From Squalus acanthias (Eukaryota): 64,000 bases of DNA. A program made the translations under genes and the position numbers. Position 1 is the first letter of the stretch. Each line of letters starts with the position of its first letter. This document shows, piece by piece, positions 23,500-37,037 of this stretch. The notes beneath the pieces are model-generated. The model was not told the origin of the DNA, ran no database searches, and was given only the letters and a program-made list of their open reading frames with translations. The DNA is taken from NCBI GenBank assembly GCA_030390025.1, contig CM059431.1, forward strand, positions 126,234,001 to 126,298,000, read 5' to 3'.

Positions 23500-25381
23500 G
23501 GAGGCCGAAGTTCGCGATGTTCGAGTGAGGTTAGCTTTACTTAAAGCTAGACTGTGACTCTTAAAGGCAGTCTGCACCTCTTAAAGGTGAGCTGCCTTCT
23601 GCTGATGAAAAATGGTAAAAGAGCTTCAGCACTAACCCAAATGGCTCAACAAGTCAGGGAAGTGGCACCCAGGGTCTCAGACGTAGCACTCCAGCTTTGT
23701 GCAGGGGGTCAACACCAGAAGAGAGGTGCTCTACCCATAGCGGGGGGGGGGGGGGCAGGAAGCCCTCCAGAAAGAAGGATGCGGGACCAGGTTGCTGAGG
23801 CGGTCACTACCAGCAGTGTCGCCCCCAGGACCTGGCTCCAGTGCCAAAAGAAGTTTCAGGACCTCAGACGAATGGTAAAGGTCAGTGAATGCATCTTCAA
23901 AAGCCATCTCCTACCAACTGCACCACTAGCCTCACACACTGTTCAATGCACAACACCCCATCACTCACCTAGCAACAATCTCTACCAAACATGAGGCACA
24001 ATTCACATTCATAGCTTCACCTCACCCCATTGGAGGTGACGGTGCTGGCCATTCTTGGCAGGGGCGTGGCTGAGCCCTTGGCCAGCGGCAGGACTGAAAG
24101 AATACAAGATGCCGGTGTTCTCACTCACATCCCACTTCCCCCTCATCCCACAATATCTTCTGATTTACAAGCTGCACATAGTGTAAGCATGCACCTCTTG
24201 CTTTACCCCCTCCCCTCACCTCAAATCTACCCTTTTGCATTCCTCATTTCAGACACCAAGAAATCCAGCCTACCCAGCCATTGGGTCAACCAGAAGAGGG
24301 AGAGGCAAGTGAAAAAGAAGAAACTCCATCACTTGATTTTACACTCCCAGCGACCAGCTCCAAGGTCATCCTCCAAGGCCATCTGCAGTTTCCCCGACTG
24401 AAAGTCAGCAGCCATCCAGCAGCCACTGGGGTAGCACTGTGTAAGAGCACTAGGATAGGCAAAGGCACAAGCAAGATTGGAACATTTTGCTTTGTGGTGG
24501 CTTTTATTTCAGCATTGTGGTCAAGAGAGCACCGTGATGATCAGTAACAGAGGAAAGGTAAGGTGTGGGAGTAATGTTGAAAGGGGAATTGAGGTTGTGG
24601 TCACTGGTACCACAGGCGAATGATTCGATTCCGGATATACCGACCAGAAAGGGGCTGTCTGGGTTGCCACCTTCCTTCCGCTTCCTCCTCGTCTGCTTCC
24701 TCCTCTTCTGTTTTTTGCTCTCCTTCTTCTTCCTCTTCTGCTTCTTCCTCTTACTCCTCCTCCTCATCCTCCTCCTCCTCCCTCTGTAAGCAGCTTGTCC
24801 CCTTTGCTGCCTCTGCTCTATTGCCATGTCATGCTGCAGCCCGAGGGGGACTGCAACTAGAGACCCCAGTACTGGGAGAAAGTGGTGTTCTCAGAGGCGT
24901 TCCTTTAAGAGCCAATGCCTTGTAAACATCCAGCAGCACTTCCTGCACTCCCTTCACAATTGAACAACTTTTAAAATGTACTGCACCAAGCCACTTCTCC
25001 AATAAAATGTAAAGAAACCAGTAGAAAAGCAAAAATCTAAACTTAACTGAAAGTTACGTGTGTTCCTTTGAGAAGTGCTGGTAGGTGGTCCGTCTTAATG
25101 CTGCAGGCACGTTCTGCCATGCGTGCTTTGGAGAGGGCGTTAAAAGCAGTGGGGACATCCAAAATACCAGATTGTGCGTCAATTCAGCATTGCACGCCGA
25201 TTGACATCATGATCTGGCTCATCTCCATATCTAGAGCGAACGCAGGCGACGGCAGTGCGGCCGATCTGCCCAAAATGGCGCCCGCCGCGTTCCGCCGGAA
25301 GTGGGCGGAAGTGGGGCATTCGCCATTTTTTCTTCCAAACAGGCCTTAACGGCCGTCACAAACAGACTGAATTTCACGGCC
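23500..25381. mobile_element. Internally deleted Harbinger (Myb exon remnants + transposase 3' tail); duplicate at ~31558-33172
   Basis: ORF 23554: REVAPRVSD...PRTWLQCQKKFQDLRRMVK followed by gtcagt; blocks homologous to 3061-6978; right end gaatttcacggcc; sits inside a minus-strand CR1 fragment. Confidence 0.85.
24680..24785. repeat. CT-rich low-complexity tract; counterpart 32445-32578 contains ~3x ttcctcctattctg
   Basis: Positionally equivalent to the acidic C-terminal codons of the Harbinger transposase (5470-5515), expanded differently in each unit. Confidence 0.7.
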
Positions 25382-25619
25382 TCTGCCTCTATTTATAAAG
25401 CCAAGGATCCCATATGCTTTTTTAACAGACTTATTGACTTATCTTGCCATCTTCAAATATTTGTGCGTGTGAATCCCCAGGTATCTCTGTTCCTGCACCT
25501 CCTTTAAAATTGTATCATTTAGTTTATATTGCCTCTCTGCATTTTTCCTTCCAAAATGCATCACTTCACACTTCTCTGCATTAAATTTTATCATCTGTGT
25601 GTCTGCCCATTTCATTATT

Positions 25620-25935
25620 TGACAGCACCTCTCAAACCTGGAACCTCTACCACCTAGAAGGACAAGGGCAGCAGGCGCATGGGAACACCACCAACTCCAA
25701 GTTCCCCTCCAAGTCACACACCATCCTGACTTGGAAATATATCGCTGTTCTTTCATCGTCGCTGGGTCAAAATCCTGGAACTCCCTCCCTAACAGCACTG
25801 TGGGAGTACCTTCACCACACAGACTGCAGCGTTTCAAGAAGGTGGCTCACCACCAACTTCTCAAGGGCAATTAGGGATGGGCAATAAATGCTGGCCTTGC
25901 TAGCGATGCCCACAACCCATGAATACATTTTTAAA
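25620..25935 (+). mobile_element. 3' tail fragment of the LINE family at 29545-31214; others at ~33410-33728 and 51488-51788
   Basis: gggaacaccaccacc...caagggcaattagggatgggcaataaatgctggcctt tail. Confidence 0.8.
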
Positions 25936-26223
25936 AACAGTCTGTCTATGTCCTCCTTATCTCTGCTACTATCCTCCATGCTGTTTGCTACATTTACAAG
26001 CTTTATCTCATCTGCAAACTTTTAAATTATGGTTCCTACATCCAAGTTGAGGTCATTAATATATATGTTAAAGAGCAGTGGTCACTTCTGCTAGTCACTT
26101 TGGTGAGTCTGCAATAACCATAATATTGGTATTAGAACTTGTTTTGTGATCATGTTATCTGCTTCACAAATTTAACAAATGAGCAATTCTGTGGTTTTTA
26201 CCAACTTATAGTATTCACATAAT

Positions 26224-26988
26224 GGCCCAGAAATTCACCTCTCTGGCTTTCCGCGGGGGTAAGGATCGCGCGCGCACTTACCTACCGCACCTGCCGTTGT
26301 GTTTTGGGCCCACGGGAACTTCAGCTCTTGGGCCTCTCCCAACTGCCGGCGCGCAGTGCTTGCGTGTCCCAGGGACGCAGTTAGTGCGATGCGTCCCCTG
26401 GGATCACGTGGGCCATGGAGAGCCAATGGCAGCAGACCATCTTTCATTCATAGATTTGACAGGAGACCTGTCAAATCTGTGAATTGAAATCGGCCCCAAA
26501 AGAACAGCTAAACTTAAAATATTTTTTTTTTAAAACCCATCACATTTATAAAATAACTATAGTTAAATAAATTAACCACTATAAACAAAAATGTAAATTT
26601 TTGAAAAAATTAAAATACTTTTTAAAAGTGATATAAATAAACTTACCTTTCTTTAAAGTATCTAAAAAAGATAAACCTGTTGAATTTTTTTTTAAATTAT
26701 ACTTAATTAACCACTTACCATGTTGAAAACGGGTCTTGCGCCTCCTTTTCATAAGTGTAGTTTCTTCACTACTTACCCTCGCGTAGAAACCTGAAAAAAA
26801 ATCTAAGTTTGCTGCGTACGCGCAGCCTCTACCGCGCACGCAGTTCACCTAGGAACCGCCCCCTTCACCAGACATGAAGTTCCGGTTTCCCGCGCATGCG
26901 CAGTGCATGCAGGGAACCGGCACTTCGGGACGTCTTACGGGTGAGTACGCACTGTGTACTCACCCGGGAAGGGCCGAATTTTTGGCCC
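26224..26988. mobile_element. Harbinger-type MITE with internal hairpins, present only in unit A
   Basis: TIR ggcccagaaattc / gaatttttggccc; flanks AAT/ACT; empty site ttcacataatatctactcc at ~34033-34051. Confidence 0.88.
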
Positions 26989-29544
26989 ACTATCTACTCC
27001 TGTGTTCTCACCCGAAAACAGCTTGAAGCATGAAGGTTCCAGATTGTCATTATACCAAACACTACACCAGAAAGCATTCAGGCAACACCCTTGCAGTCCG
27101 GATGGATCACCACCAGCTTCGGTTCCCACATCCCCAATTCTCACCACAAGTTAAAATTGGGGCTAGAGAGTTATAGTTTCAGAGATTGATGGGCTTCCTT
27201 TCAAACTCAGGGCAATGCAGAAGCCCATGCATATAATATTATAGCCCTCCTCCCTCACTGCATGCTATAGTGGATGCAAGACAGCCAATTGTGAAAGAAA
27301 TACTTTGATACACTCAGAAGCAATGTCAGCCCAGATTATCGCTACGGTGAAAACCGCTTGACCCACGGGCAAAATAACAAAAGAACGTTGGTCCACAAAT
27401 CCCTCCACCATCCCCTCAGAACATTCCAACTGTCAGATCATTTACCTTTCATCAGTAGTAGGGAGACCAGAAAAGAAGCAAATGCAAATACCCACAAGAT
27501 GAGTAGAAATATAGATTTTGATAATGTACATAAAATAGGCATAGATTTTACACTTGCAAGGAACAAATTATTCATTTATAGTTCACCATGTTCCCCATGT
27601 TCTTTTTTTACTCTAATGAAACTGAGGTGAAGGGCTAAGAACACATGGCATGACTGGCCCAAGGATGAAGAGAGTAAAAGAGATGAGGTAAATCAGGAAG
27701 TGTTGATTCGATGACACAAAGGATGAGTTTTAAAAACCCTAAGGGTGTAAGAGAAAGGAAAGGCATAAGGAGGCTAAGAATTTGACAGACTTGAGGTTTG
27801 GAGAAAAAATGAATTGAAGTAGATACCTTCATTTCTTTTGGATAAGACATTAAACCTGTCCACCCTCTCAGGTGAATGTAAAAGATCCCGTGGCACTATT
27901 CAAAGAAGAGCAGGCCAGTTCTCTTGGAGTCCTGGCCAACATTTATCCCTTAACCAACACACTAAAACATTTTATCTGGTCATTTATCTCATTACAATTG
28001 CAGTGCAAAAAATTGGCTGCTGCATTTCCCTACATTGCAACAGTCACTACACTGAAAAAAAGTATTTCCTTAGCTGTACAGCGCATGTGAGAACCAATCA
28101 TCCAACATGGTCTTATAGCCAAAGAAGCTGATGGATTATCTGCAAAAAAGTGCCATTCTTGACGAAAGATATCGTCGTCAACAAAACCCTACCTCTATCC
28201 TAGGATTGCTACCAACTGCATTAAAAGCCTGATATCCTAATGTTGCTGCTGGACTCTTGTATTGAATTTAATGGCGTTGGCATCAAGTCAAAACAGGGCA
28301 GCTATGACCTGCGTTATGCAGTGGGAACATTGTAGTCTGGTTCATCCTTGCCAAGTCTCCTGGCCAATATCTTATTTAGCAGGCTCGAGTGGCCAAATAG
28401 CCTACTCCTGTTCCTATTTCTTATATTCTTGTATCCCTCAACGAACATCACAAAAACAGATTATCTAGTTATTTATGTCATTGCTGCTTGTAGGATCTTG
28501 CAAATTGTCTGTAACAACATAACAACAGGGACTACACTTCAAAAGCATACTTCATTGACTCTGAAGCACTTTGGAATGCTATGTAAACTAACGTTCTTTC
28601 TTTATTTCTTTCCTTCTTTCTGTCCTTCTTTCTTCACCAAGTAAAGAAGCTATTATTAAATTATTTGACCTTGAAAGAATTGCTGAGTGATAGAAGTTGA
28701 AACGAGTTTATCTAGAATAATGGCCTCGTACGGAAAGCCTGGAAGGAAGTGAAATGGTGGGGGCAGTGTAGCACTCAGGAAACCTGGAAGAACGGATTTC
28801 CCTTGGGGCCTGCTGAAATTAAAGGTAGGATCTGATTACCATTTTTGGAATCCATTTCCCGGCCGCAGCCAACCAGATTGAGAGACCGGCTGGCTGTTGG
28901 GCGAGTAGGCCTACGGCACCAGGCCTCAGCCAGGTAGCGTAGAGGAGGGAGTGAGAGATTGCGGGCCTGGGGCGGAACATCGATGTGATTCGGGGAGGAG
29001 GGTAAAAGATCGTGGGGGGCCCAGAGAGATCGGGGGAGGATGGGAGAAGATCATGGGAGGCCCATGGAGGAGGTCGGGGGAGGCCGTGGAAGGGATCTCA
29101 GGCCGGGGAGGACATGGGGGGGCCGGGGTGGAGCTCGCAGGCCGGGGAGGGCATCGGATCGCAGGGTGGAGGGGGATCGCTGGAGAGGTTAACAAGGTAG
29201 TTTGCTGGGTCGGGGGGATGCACTCCTGCTCCTCCTGGCCCACAAGCAGTGTTGGAAAGGCACATACCTGTTCCATCCAGCAGTCCTCACCTCCCTTTAA
29301 TTGTCGGATTTTGCAAGGCCCGGGAAATCCGGCCAGCTAGCACTAAAGCTGGAAGAGAGATAAAATCTTAGGCATGCAGTCACATTAAAATATTGAAATG
29401 AGTGACCCACCTCCTGGGAGCGGGTTGGTTGCCCGCACCCCTCGTCCTGCTTCCATTAAAATCAAAAGTGGTTGGGTTCGAAGTAGTTTGGGTTCAGGTT
29501 TACCAAATTACCCTCATAGAATCATAGAGCACCAAAGGAGACCA

Positions 29545-31214
29545 GAAGTGCCGAGTGGATGATCCATATCGGCCTCCTCCTGAGGTCCCCACCTTCACAG
29601 AAGCCAGTCTCCAGCCAATTCGATTCACTCCACGTGAGATCAAGAAACGGCGGAACGCATTGGATACAGCAAAGGCTATGAGCCCTGACAACATCCCGGC
29701 TGCCGTGCTGAAGACTTGTGCTACAGAACTAGCCACGCTTCTAGCCAAGCTGTTCCAGTACAGCTACAACACTGGCATCTACCCGACAATGTGGAAAACT
29801 GCCCAGGTATGTCCTGTCCACAAAAAGCAGGACAAATCCAATCCGGCCAATTACTGTCCCATCAGTCTATTTTCAATCATCAGCAAAGTGATGGAAGGTG
29901 TCGTCGACAGTGCTATCAAGCAGCACTTACTCACCAATAACCTGCTCACTGATGCCCATTTTTGGTTCCGCCAGGACCACTCGGCTCCAGACCTCATTAC
30001 AGCCTTGGTCCAAACATGGAGAAAAGAGCTGAATTCCAGAGGTGAGATGAGAGTGACTGCCCTTGACATCAAGGCAGCATTTGACCGAGTGTGGCATCAA
30101 GGAGCCCTAGTTAAACTGAAGTCAATGGGAATCGGAGGGGAAAACTCTCCACTGGCCAGAGTCATACCTAGCACAAAGAAAGATGGTTGTGGTGGTTGGA
30201 GGTCAATCATCACAGCCCCAGGACAGCGCTGCAGGAGTTCCTCAGTGCAGTGTCCTAGGCCCAACCATCTTCAGCTGCTTCATCAATGACATTCCCTCCA
30301 TCATAAGGTCAGAAATGGGAATGTTCGCTGATGACTGCACAGTGTTCAGTGCCATTCGCAACTTCTCAGACAATGAAGCAGTCTATGCCCACATGCAGTA
30401 AGACCTGGACGACATTCAGGCTTGGGCTGATAAGTGGCAGGTAACATTCGTGCCACAGAAGTGCCAGGCAATGACTATCTCCAACAAGCAAGCATCTAAC
30501 CACCACCCCTTGACATTCAACGGCATTATCATCTCTGAATCCCCCACCATCAATATCCTGGGGGTCACCATTGACCAGAAACTTAACTGGACCAGCCACA
30601 TAAATACTGTGGCAACAAGAGATGGTCAGAGGCTGGGTGTTCTGCGAAGAGTGTCTCACCTCTGACTCCCCAAAGCCTTTCCACCATCTACAAGGCACAT
30701 GTCAGGAATGTGATGGAATACTCACCACTTGCCTGGATTAGTGCAGCTCCAACAACACTCAAGAAGCTCGACACCATCCAAGACAAAGCAGCCTGATTGA
30801 TTGGCACCCCATCTACCACCTTAAACATTCACTCCCTCCACTACCGGTGTTCCGTGGCTGCAGTGTGTACCATCTACAAGATGGACTGCAGCAACTCGCC
30901 AAGGCTTCTTTGGCAGCACCTCCCAAACCTGCGACCTCTACCACCTAGATGGACAAGGGCAGCAGGCACATGGGAACACCACCACCTCCAAGTTCTCCTC
31001 CAAGTCACACACCATCCTGATTTGTAAGTATATTGCCATTCCATCATCGTCGCTGGGTCAAAATCCTGGAACTTCCTCCCTAACAGCACTGTGTACCTTC
31101 ACAACATGGGCTGCCATGGTTCAAGAAGGCCCTTCTCAAGGATAACTAAGGATGGGCAATAAATGCTGGCCTTTCCAGTGATCCCCACATCCGATGAATG
31201 AATTAAAAAAAAAA
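29545..31214 (+). mobile_element. 5'-truncated non-LTR retrotransposon (CR1/L2/Jockey-group RT, distinct from the classical CR1 copies), only in unit B
   Basis: ORF 29555..30289 PANYCPISL...ALDIKAAFDRVWH; ORF 30183 GVPQCSVLGP...MFADDCT; A-rich tail; empty site ggagaccatttggccc at ~21134-21149. Confidence 0.9.
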
Positions 31215-34200
31215 TTGGCCCATCGTGCCTGTACCGGCTCTTTGAGAGAGCTATCTAATTTGTCTGACTTCCCTGCTCTTTCCCTATAGCCCTGCAAATT
31301 TCTTCTTTTCAATATATATCCAATACCCCTTTGAAAGTTACTACTGAATTTGCTTCCATCAGCCTTTCAGGCAGTGCATTCCAGATCATAACAACTAGCT
31401 GGGTAAAAAAATATTTTCCTCATCTCCCCCTTGCTTTTTTGCCAATTCTCTTAAATCTTTGTCCTCTGGGTACAATTGGCCTGCCAGTGGAAACCGTTTC
31501 TCCCGAGCTACTCTATCAAAACCCCTCGTAATTTTGAACATGGCTATTAAATCACCCCAGGTGGCCGAAGATCGGAATGTTCGAGTGAGGTTAGCTTTAC
31601 TTAAAGCAAGTCTGCGACTCTTAAAGGCAGTCTGCACTTCTTAAAGGTGAGCTGCCTTCTGCTGATAAAAAATGGTAAAAGAGCTTCAGCACTAACCCAA
31701 ATGGCTCAACAGGCCAGGGAAAAGGCACCCAGGGTCTTGAACGTAACATCCAGCTTTGTGCAGGGAGTCAACACTGGTAGAGAGATCCTCTACCCATAGG
31801 GTGGCAGGAGGCCCTCCAGAAAGAAGGATGTGGGACCAGGTCACCAAGGCAGTCACTGCCAGCAGTGTCACCCCCGAGGACCATGCTCCAGTGCCCAACG
31901 AAGTTTCATGACCTTAGACAAGTGGTAAAATCAGTGAATGCATCTTCAAAAGCTCCTGCCAACTGCACCACTAGCCTCACACACTGCTCAATGCATAACC
32001 CCACCCCATCACTCATCTACCAACAATCTCTACCAAACACGAGGCACACCTTACATTCATAGTTTCACCTCACCCCCTTGGAGGTGACGGTGCTGGCTAT
32101 TCTTGGCAGGGGCATGACTGAGCCCTTGGCCAGCAGCAGGGCTGAAAGAATACAAGATGCCAGTGTCCTCATTCACATCCCACTTCCCCCTCATCCCACA
32201 ATATCTTCTGATTTACAAACTGCACATAGTGTAAGCATACACCTTTTGCATTACTCCCTCCCCTCACCTCAAATCTACCCTTGTGCCTTCCTCATTTCAA
32301 ACACCCAAGAAATCCAGCCTGCCCAGCAATTGGGTCAACCCGAAGAGGGAGAGGAAAGTGAAGAAGAAGAAACACCGTTACTCGATTTTACACACCCAGC
32401 GACCAGTTCCGAGGTCGTCCTGCAAGGCTATCTGCAGTCTCCGCTTCCTCCTTGTCTGCTTCCTCCTATTCTGTTTCCTCCTATTCTGTTTCCTCCTATT
32501 CTGCTTTTTGCTCTTCTTCTTCCTCCTTCTCTTCTGCTTCATCATCTTCCTCCTCTTCCTCCTCCTCCTCCTTCCTCTGCGGGCAGCTTGTCACTTTTGC
32601 TGCCACTGCTCCATCTCCATGTCATGCTGCAGCCCAAAGAGGACTGCAACTACAGCCCCCAGGACTGGGAGCAAATGGATTTCTCAGAAGTGTTCCTTTA
32701 AGAGCCAAGTCTTGCAAACGTCCAACAGCACTCCCTGCACTCCCTTCACACTTTAAAACTTTTTAAATGTACTGCACCAAGCCACTATTCCAATAAAATA
32801 TAAAGAAACCAGTAGAAAAGCAAAAATCTAAACTTAACTGAAAGTTACGTGTGTTCCTTTGAGAAGTGCTGGTCGGGGGTCCGTCTTACTGCTGCAGGCA
32901 CGTTCTGCCATGCGTGCTTTGGAGAGGGCGTTAAAAGGAGCGGGGACATCCAAAATACCAGAATGTGCGTCAATTCAGCATTGCACGCCGATTGACATCA
33001 TGATCTGGCTCATTTCCATATCTAGATCGAACGCAAGCGATGGCCATGCTGCCGACCTGCCCAAAATGGTGCCCGCCGCGTTCCACCGAAAGTGGGCGGA
33101 AGTGGGGCATTCATCATTTTTTCTTCCAAAAAGGCCTTAATGGTCGTCGCAAACAAACTGAATTTCACGGCCTCTACCTCTATTTATAAAGCCAAGGATC
33201 CCATATACTTTTTTAACAGACTTATTGACTTATCTTGCCACCTTCAAATATTTGTGCATGTGAATCCCCAGGTATCTCTCTGTTCCTGCACCTCCTTTAA
33301 AATTGTATCATTTAGTTTATATTGCCTCTCTGCATTTTTCCTTCCAAAATGCATCACTTCACACTTCTCTGCATTAAATATTATCATCTGTGTGTCTGCC
33401 CATTTCATTCTTCGACAGCACCTCCCAAACGCGTGACATCTACCTCCTAGAAGGACAAGCGCAGCAGGCGCATGGGAACACCACCACCTTCAAGTTCCCC
33501 TCCAAGTCACACACCATCCTGACTTGGAAATATAATGCTGTTCCTTCATCGTCGCTGGGTAACGATCCTGGAACTCTCTCCCTAACAGCACTGTGGAGTA
33601 CCTTCACCTCATGGACTGCAGCGGATCAAGAAGGTGGCTGAGCACCACTTCTCAAGGGCAATTAGGGATGGGCAATAAATGCTGGCCTTGTCAGCGACGC
33701 CCACATCCCATGAATAAATTAAAAAAACAGCCTGTCTATGTCCTCCTTATCTCTGCTACTATCCTCCTCGCTGTTTACTACATTTCCAAGCTTTGTCTCA
33801 TCTGCAAACATTGAAATGATGCTTCCTACACCCAAGTCGAGGTCACTAATATATATCTTAAAGAGCAGTGGTCACTTCTGCTAGTCACTATGGCGAGTGC
33901 CTTTCCTCCAATGTTATATTTGCCTATGCAAGAATTGTAGGCTGCAATAACCATAATATTGCTATTAGAACTTGTTTTGTTATCTGCTTCACAAATTTAA
34001 CAAATGAGCAATTCTGTGGATTTTACCACCTCTTCACATAATATCTACTCCTGTGTTCTCATCCTAAAACAACTTGAAGCATGAAGATTCCAGATTGTCA
34101 TTATACCAAACACTGCACCAGAAAGTATTTGGGCAACACCACCGCTGCTCCTGGCACCAGCACAGAGATCATGTCCCCTGTACAACCTTGTGAATCACCA

Positions 34201-35799
34201 ACACAGGCGCACTGGCTTAGCACATAAACAGTATGAAGGTAACTTGGGAAAGGCAGCAAGTGCATTGGAGAGACCAACAAAGGGCGTCAGGCATCCTGGA
34301 TCCGAGACCCAAACACAGGCAAGGGAATAAAATGGCGGGGTGTGGAGGGGGGAGGGGGCCAGGGGGGGCAGGTGTGGGGGGGCGCTGCGGCACTTTCTCG
34401 GCCCCCCCCATCTTAACTTGCTTAAATTCAGTCACGAGAATGCTGCCCACCCCAGAGGAGCAGGAGCCTAATTTGAATGGCAAAGTCACCACCTAATAAT
34501 GTCATTGGGATGCGCACACCATTTTAACTGCAGGTCCAACTAAGGACAGCATAGTCTCGAAGCCACCACTGAAAGCTAGAGGCAAGCAAGATCCTGGCCA
34601 AAGGTGGCCAAAGGTAGCCCAAGTAACTTTTGAAAGGTTCCTTGTCAGCCAGGAGGAGGAGGAGTGCTTCTCCTTACCCTACAAATATAATTTGTGCCTT
34701 CCCTGCCCTAAGCTTTTCCTTCTTTTGACCGTGGAATTTTGCAATCCCTTCATATTCCTGACTTGCCTTTACTGTGGACTGTTTCTATGGGTTCCCAGCA
34801 GAGGCCTGACCCCCAACAAATTTGGACTACTGCCCAGATGGCGGTGACATAATTCCTGTTGACTTCAGACGGGTGTCAGTATGTTCACGAGGCCTGGGAT
34901 TTACAATCTCCTTGGGCCTCACGCCCTTGGATCACCACCAGTTTCAGTTCCCACATCTCCAATTCCCACCATGAGTCAAAATTGGGGCTAGAGTGTGATA
35001 ATTTCAGATATTGATAGGCATCCTTTCAAACTCAGGCCAATGCAGGCTTGTGAAAGAAATACTTTGATACGCTCAGAAACAATGGAAGCAATGTCAGCCC
35101 AGATTATGGCTACGGTGAAAACCGCTTGACCCAGGGACAAAATAACAAAAGGACATTGGTCTACAAATCCCTCCACCATCCCCTCAGAACATTCCAACTG
35201 TCAGATCATTAACCTTTCATCAGTAGTAGGGAGACCAGAAAAGAAGCAAATGCAATTACCCATAAGATGAGTAGAAATATAGATTTCAAGGGGGATTTTG
35301 ATAATGTACATAAAATAGGCATAGATTTTACTCTCGCAAGGAACAAACTATTCATTTTTAATTCACCATGTTCCCCATGTTCTTTTTTTACTCTAATGAA
35401 ACTAAGGTGAAGGGCTAAGGACACATGGCATGACTGGCCCAAGGATGAAGAGAGTAAAAGAAATGAGGTAAATCAGGAAGTGTTGATTCGATGACACAAA
35501 GGATGAGTTTTAAAAGCCCTAAGGGTGTAAGAGAAAGGAAAGGCAGAAGGAGGCAAAGAATTTGACAGTCTTGAGATCAGAGAAAAATGAATTGAAGTAG
35601 ATACCTTAATTTCGATACAATGAGAATGTAGGAAGGAGGAAACGTGTATAGGACATCATATTTTCAACTGCTATACTGGCCTTAGTTTGAAAGTAGGCCT
35701 GGTTTCTGAAATCTGCATTGCCCGTGCTGTTCTAGTGGTAGGAGATGTTCTCTGCCAGCATGTAGCCAGAAAATAACGCCTGATAGAGGAAAGTTCGGA

Positions 35800-36960
35800 G
35801 GTGCACGCACCATAGTATTCATTCAGAGAGCGGAGCTTGGGGGCTAATAGTGAGAAACAGACTGTCTGTCTGACAATAAACTATTCCTTGTATCCTGTCC
35901 AGGAGTGAAGAATTTAAAGCAGCCTGCCCATGTATGGAGCATCATTCAGGTCACAGATGAATTTGAGCTTGTAGTGAATTGCGTTTTTGAAGGAAAAAGG
36001 GAATTGTTTGGCATCAAAGAGGAAACCAAACTGAGGCAGTTTTCAGAATAGAAGAGTTGTGGGAGTCAATGTCAGAGAACATAGTGAGAACAAGAATGCT
36101 GTAAGGTGAAGACAAACTGAGTGACGTCATCAAGTGTAAGAGATGGTAACCATTGGTTACATTTGTGAGAGTTATTTGAAGATCAAAAGAAACAACACTG
36201 AATGACACAAAGAAGATTAAGATGCAGTGATTCAACAATTTCACTCCCAAAAGACTAGTGATTTTGTTAAATAAAGACATGTAATTGGGGAACCATAGAG
36301 AGAGGAATCAACAACAAAAGAGTGCATAGGGTTGAATGATGAATGTAGAAGGTAATTGATAGGAAGAAGATATTGAATGGGAGAAAGAATAGAGGTCTAG
36401 GAAACCCTTGCATTAATAGGAAAAGAGCCAGAGTTTGAGCTATCAACTGCAGAATAGATAGAGGGGTAGAGTTTTACATGAGTTTCTCCTGATATCCCAC
36501 CAACATTACTGTAGGGGATTGGGAGAACCCCCATGGGAATGATTTAATAGGAAACATAATAGCCATGAACATAAATTTGGTGTAAGTTCATACAATGGTA
36601 ACCTGTTTAGAAGTGAACAGTACCAGACTCGGTCAAAGGCTTTGGCATGTATAAGATAATGACAGATGATTCATCAAAGCGCTCAACAGCAGAGTTCCTT
36701 AGGTATGTCACATAGGTGGACAGTGAACAACATACCAATGATCATGGATTAAGCCAGAACTGTCATGGTGATGGACCATTACAGAGTTAACAGCAGCCAA
36801 CTGAACTTTAGTTAGTCCCAGGAATGGCAAGAGAGATCATCTTTCTTATGGATAGGATGAACATGAGCAAATTTCCATGAGAAGGATAGGTGGAATGGAA
36901 GTATAAGAGATCGAAGCATTGTACAGGATAGAGTAAGTTTAGAAGCCTTATTTTGCAAGT
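35800..36960 (-). mobile_element. Very old LINE RT remnant (Jockey/CR1-group)
   Basis: 36290-36420 reverse complement reads INARVS*TSILSPIQYLLPINYLLHSSFNPMHSFVVDSSL, resembling INAGVPQGSVLSP.LFLL.INDL...NPIHSFADDSTL. Boundaries uncertain. Confidence 0.5.
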
Positions 36961-37037
36961 CTTATTGGAAACAAAAAATCAGAGGATCAGTCAAGAGGAT
37001 GCAATGAGCAATGGCGAAATTGAAGAAAAGCAGTCTG

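Larger units (their letters stand above)
19534..35613 (+). repeat. Head-to-tail tandem duplication: unit A 19534-27835, unit B 27836-35613
   Basis: Both units start ttttggataagacattaaacc and end gaattgaagtagatacctt(c/a)atttc with colinear content; 6 mismatches in a 120-bp sample (25081-25200 vs ~32872-32991). Confidence 0.95.

Noticed and set aside
32078..32766. Hydrophobic, Pro-rich or Ser-rich ORFs as membrane proteins (also 24504-24925)
   Set aside because: Translations of a CT-rich low-complexity tract inside a deleted Harbinger.
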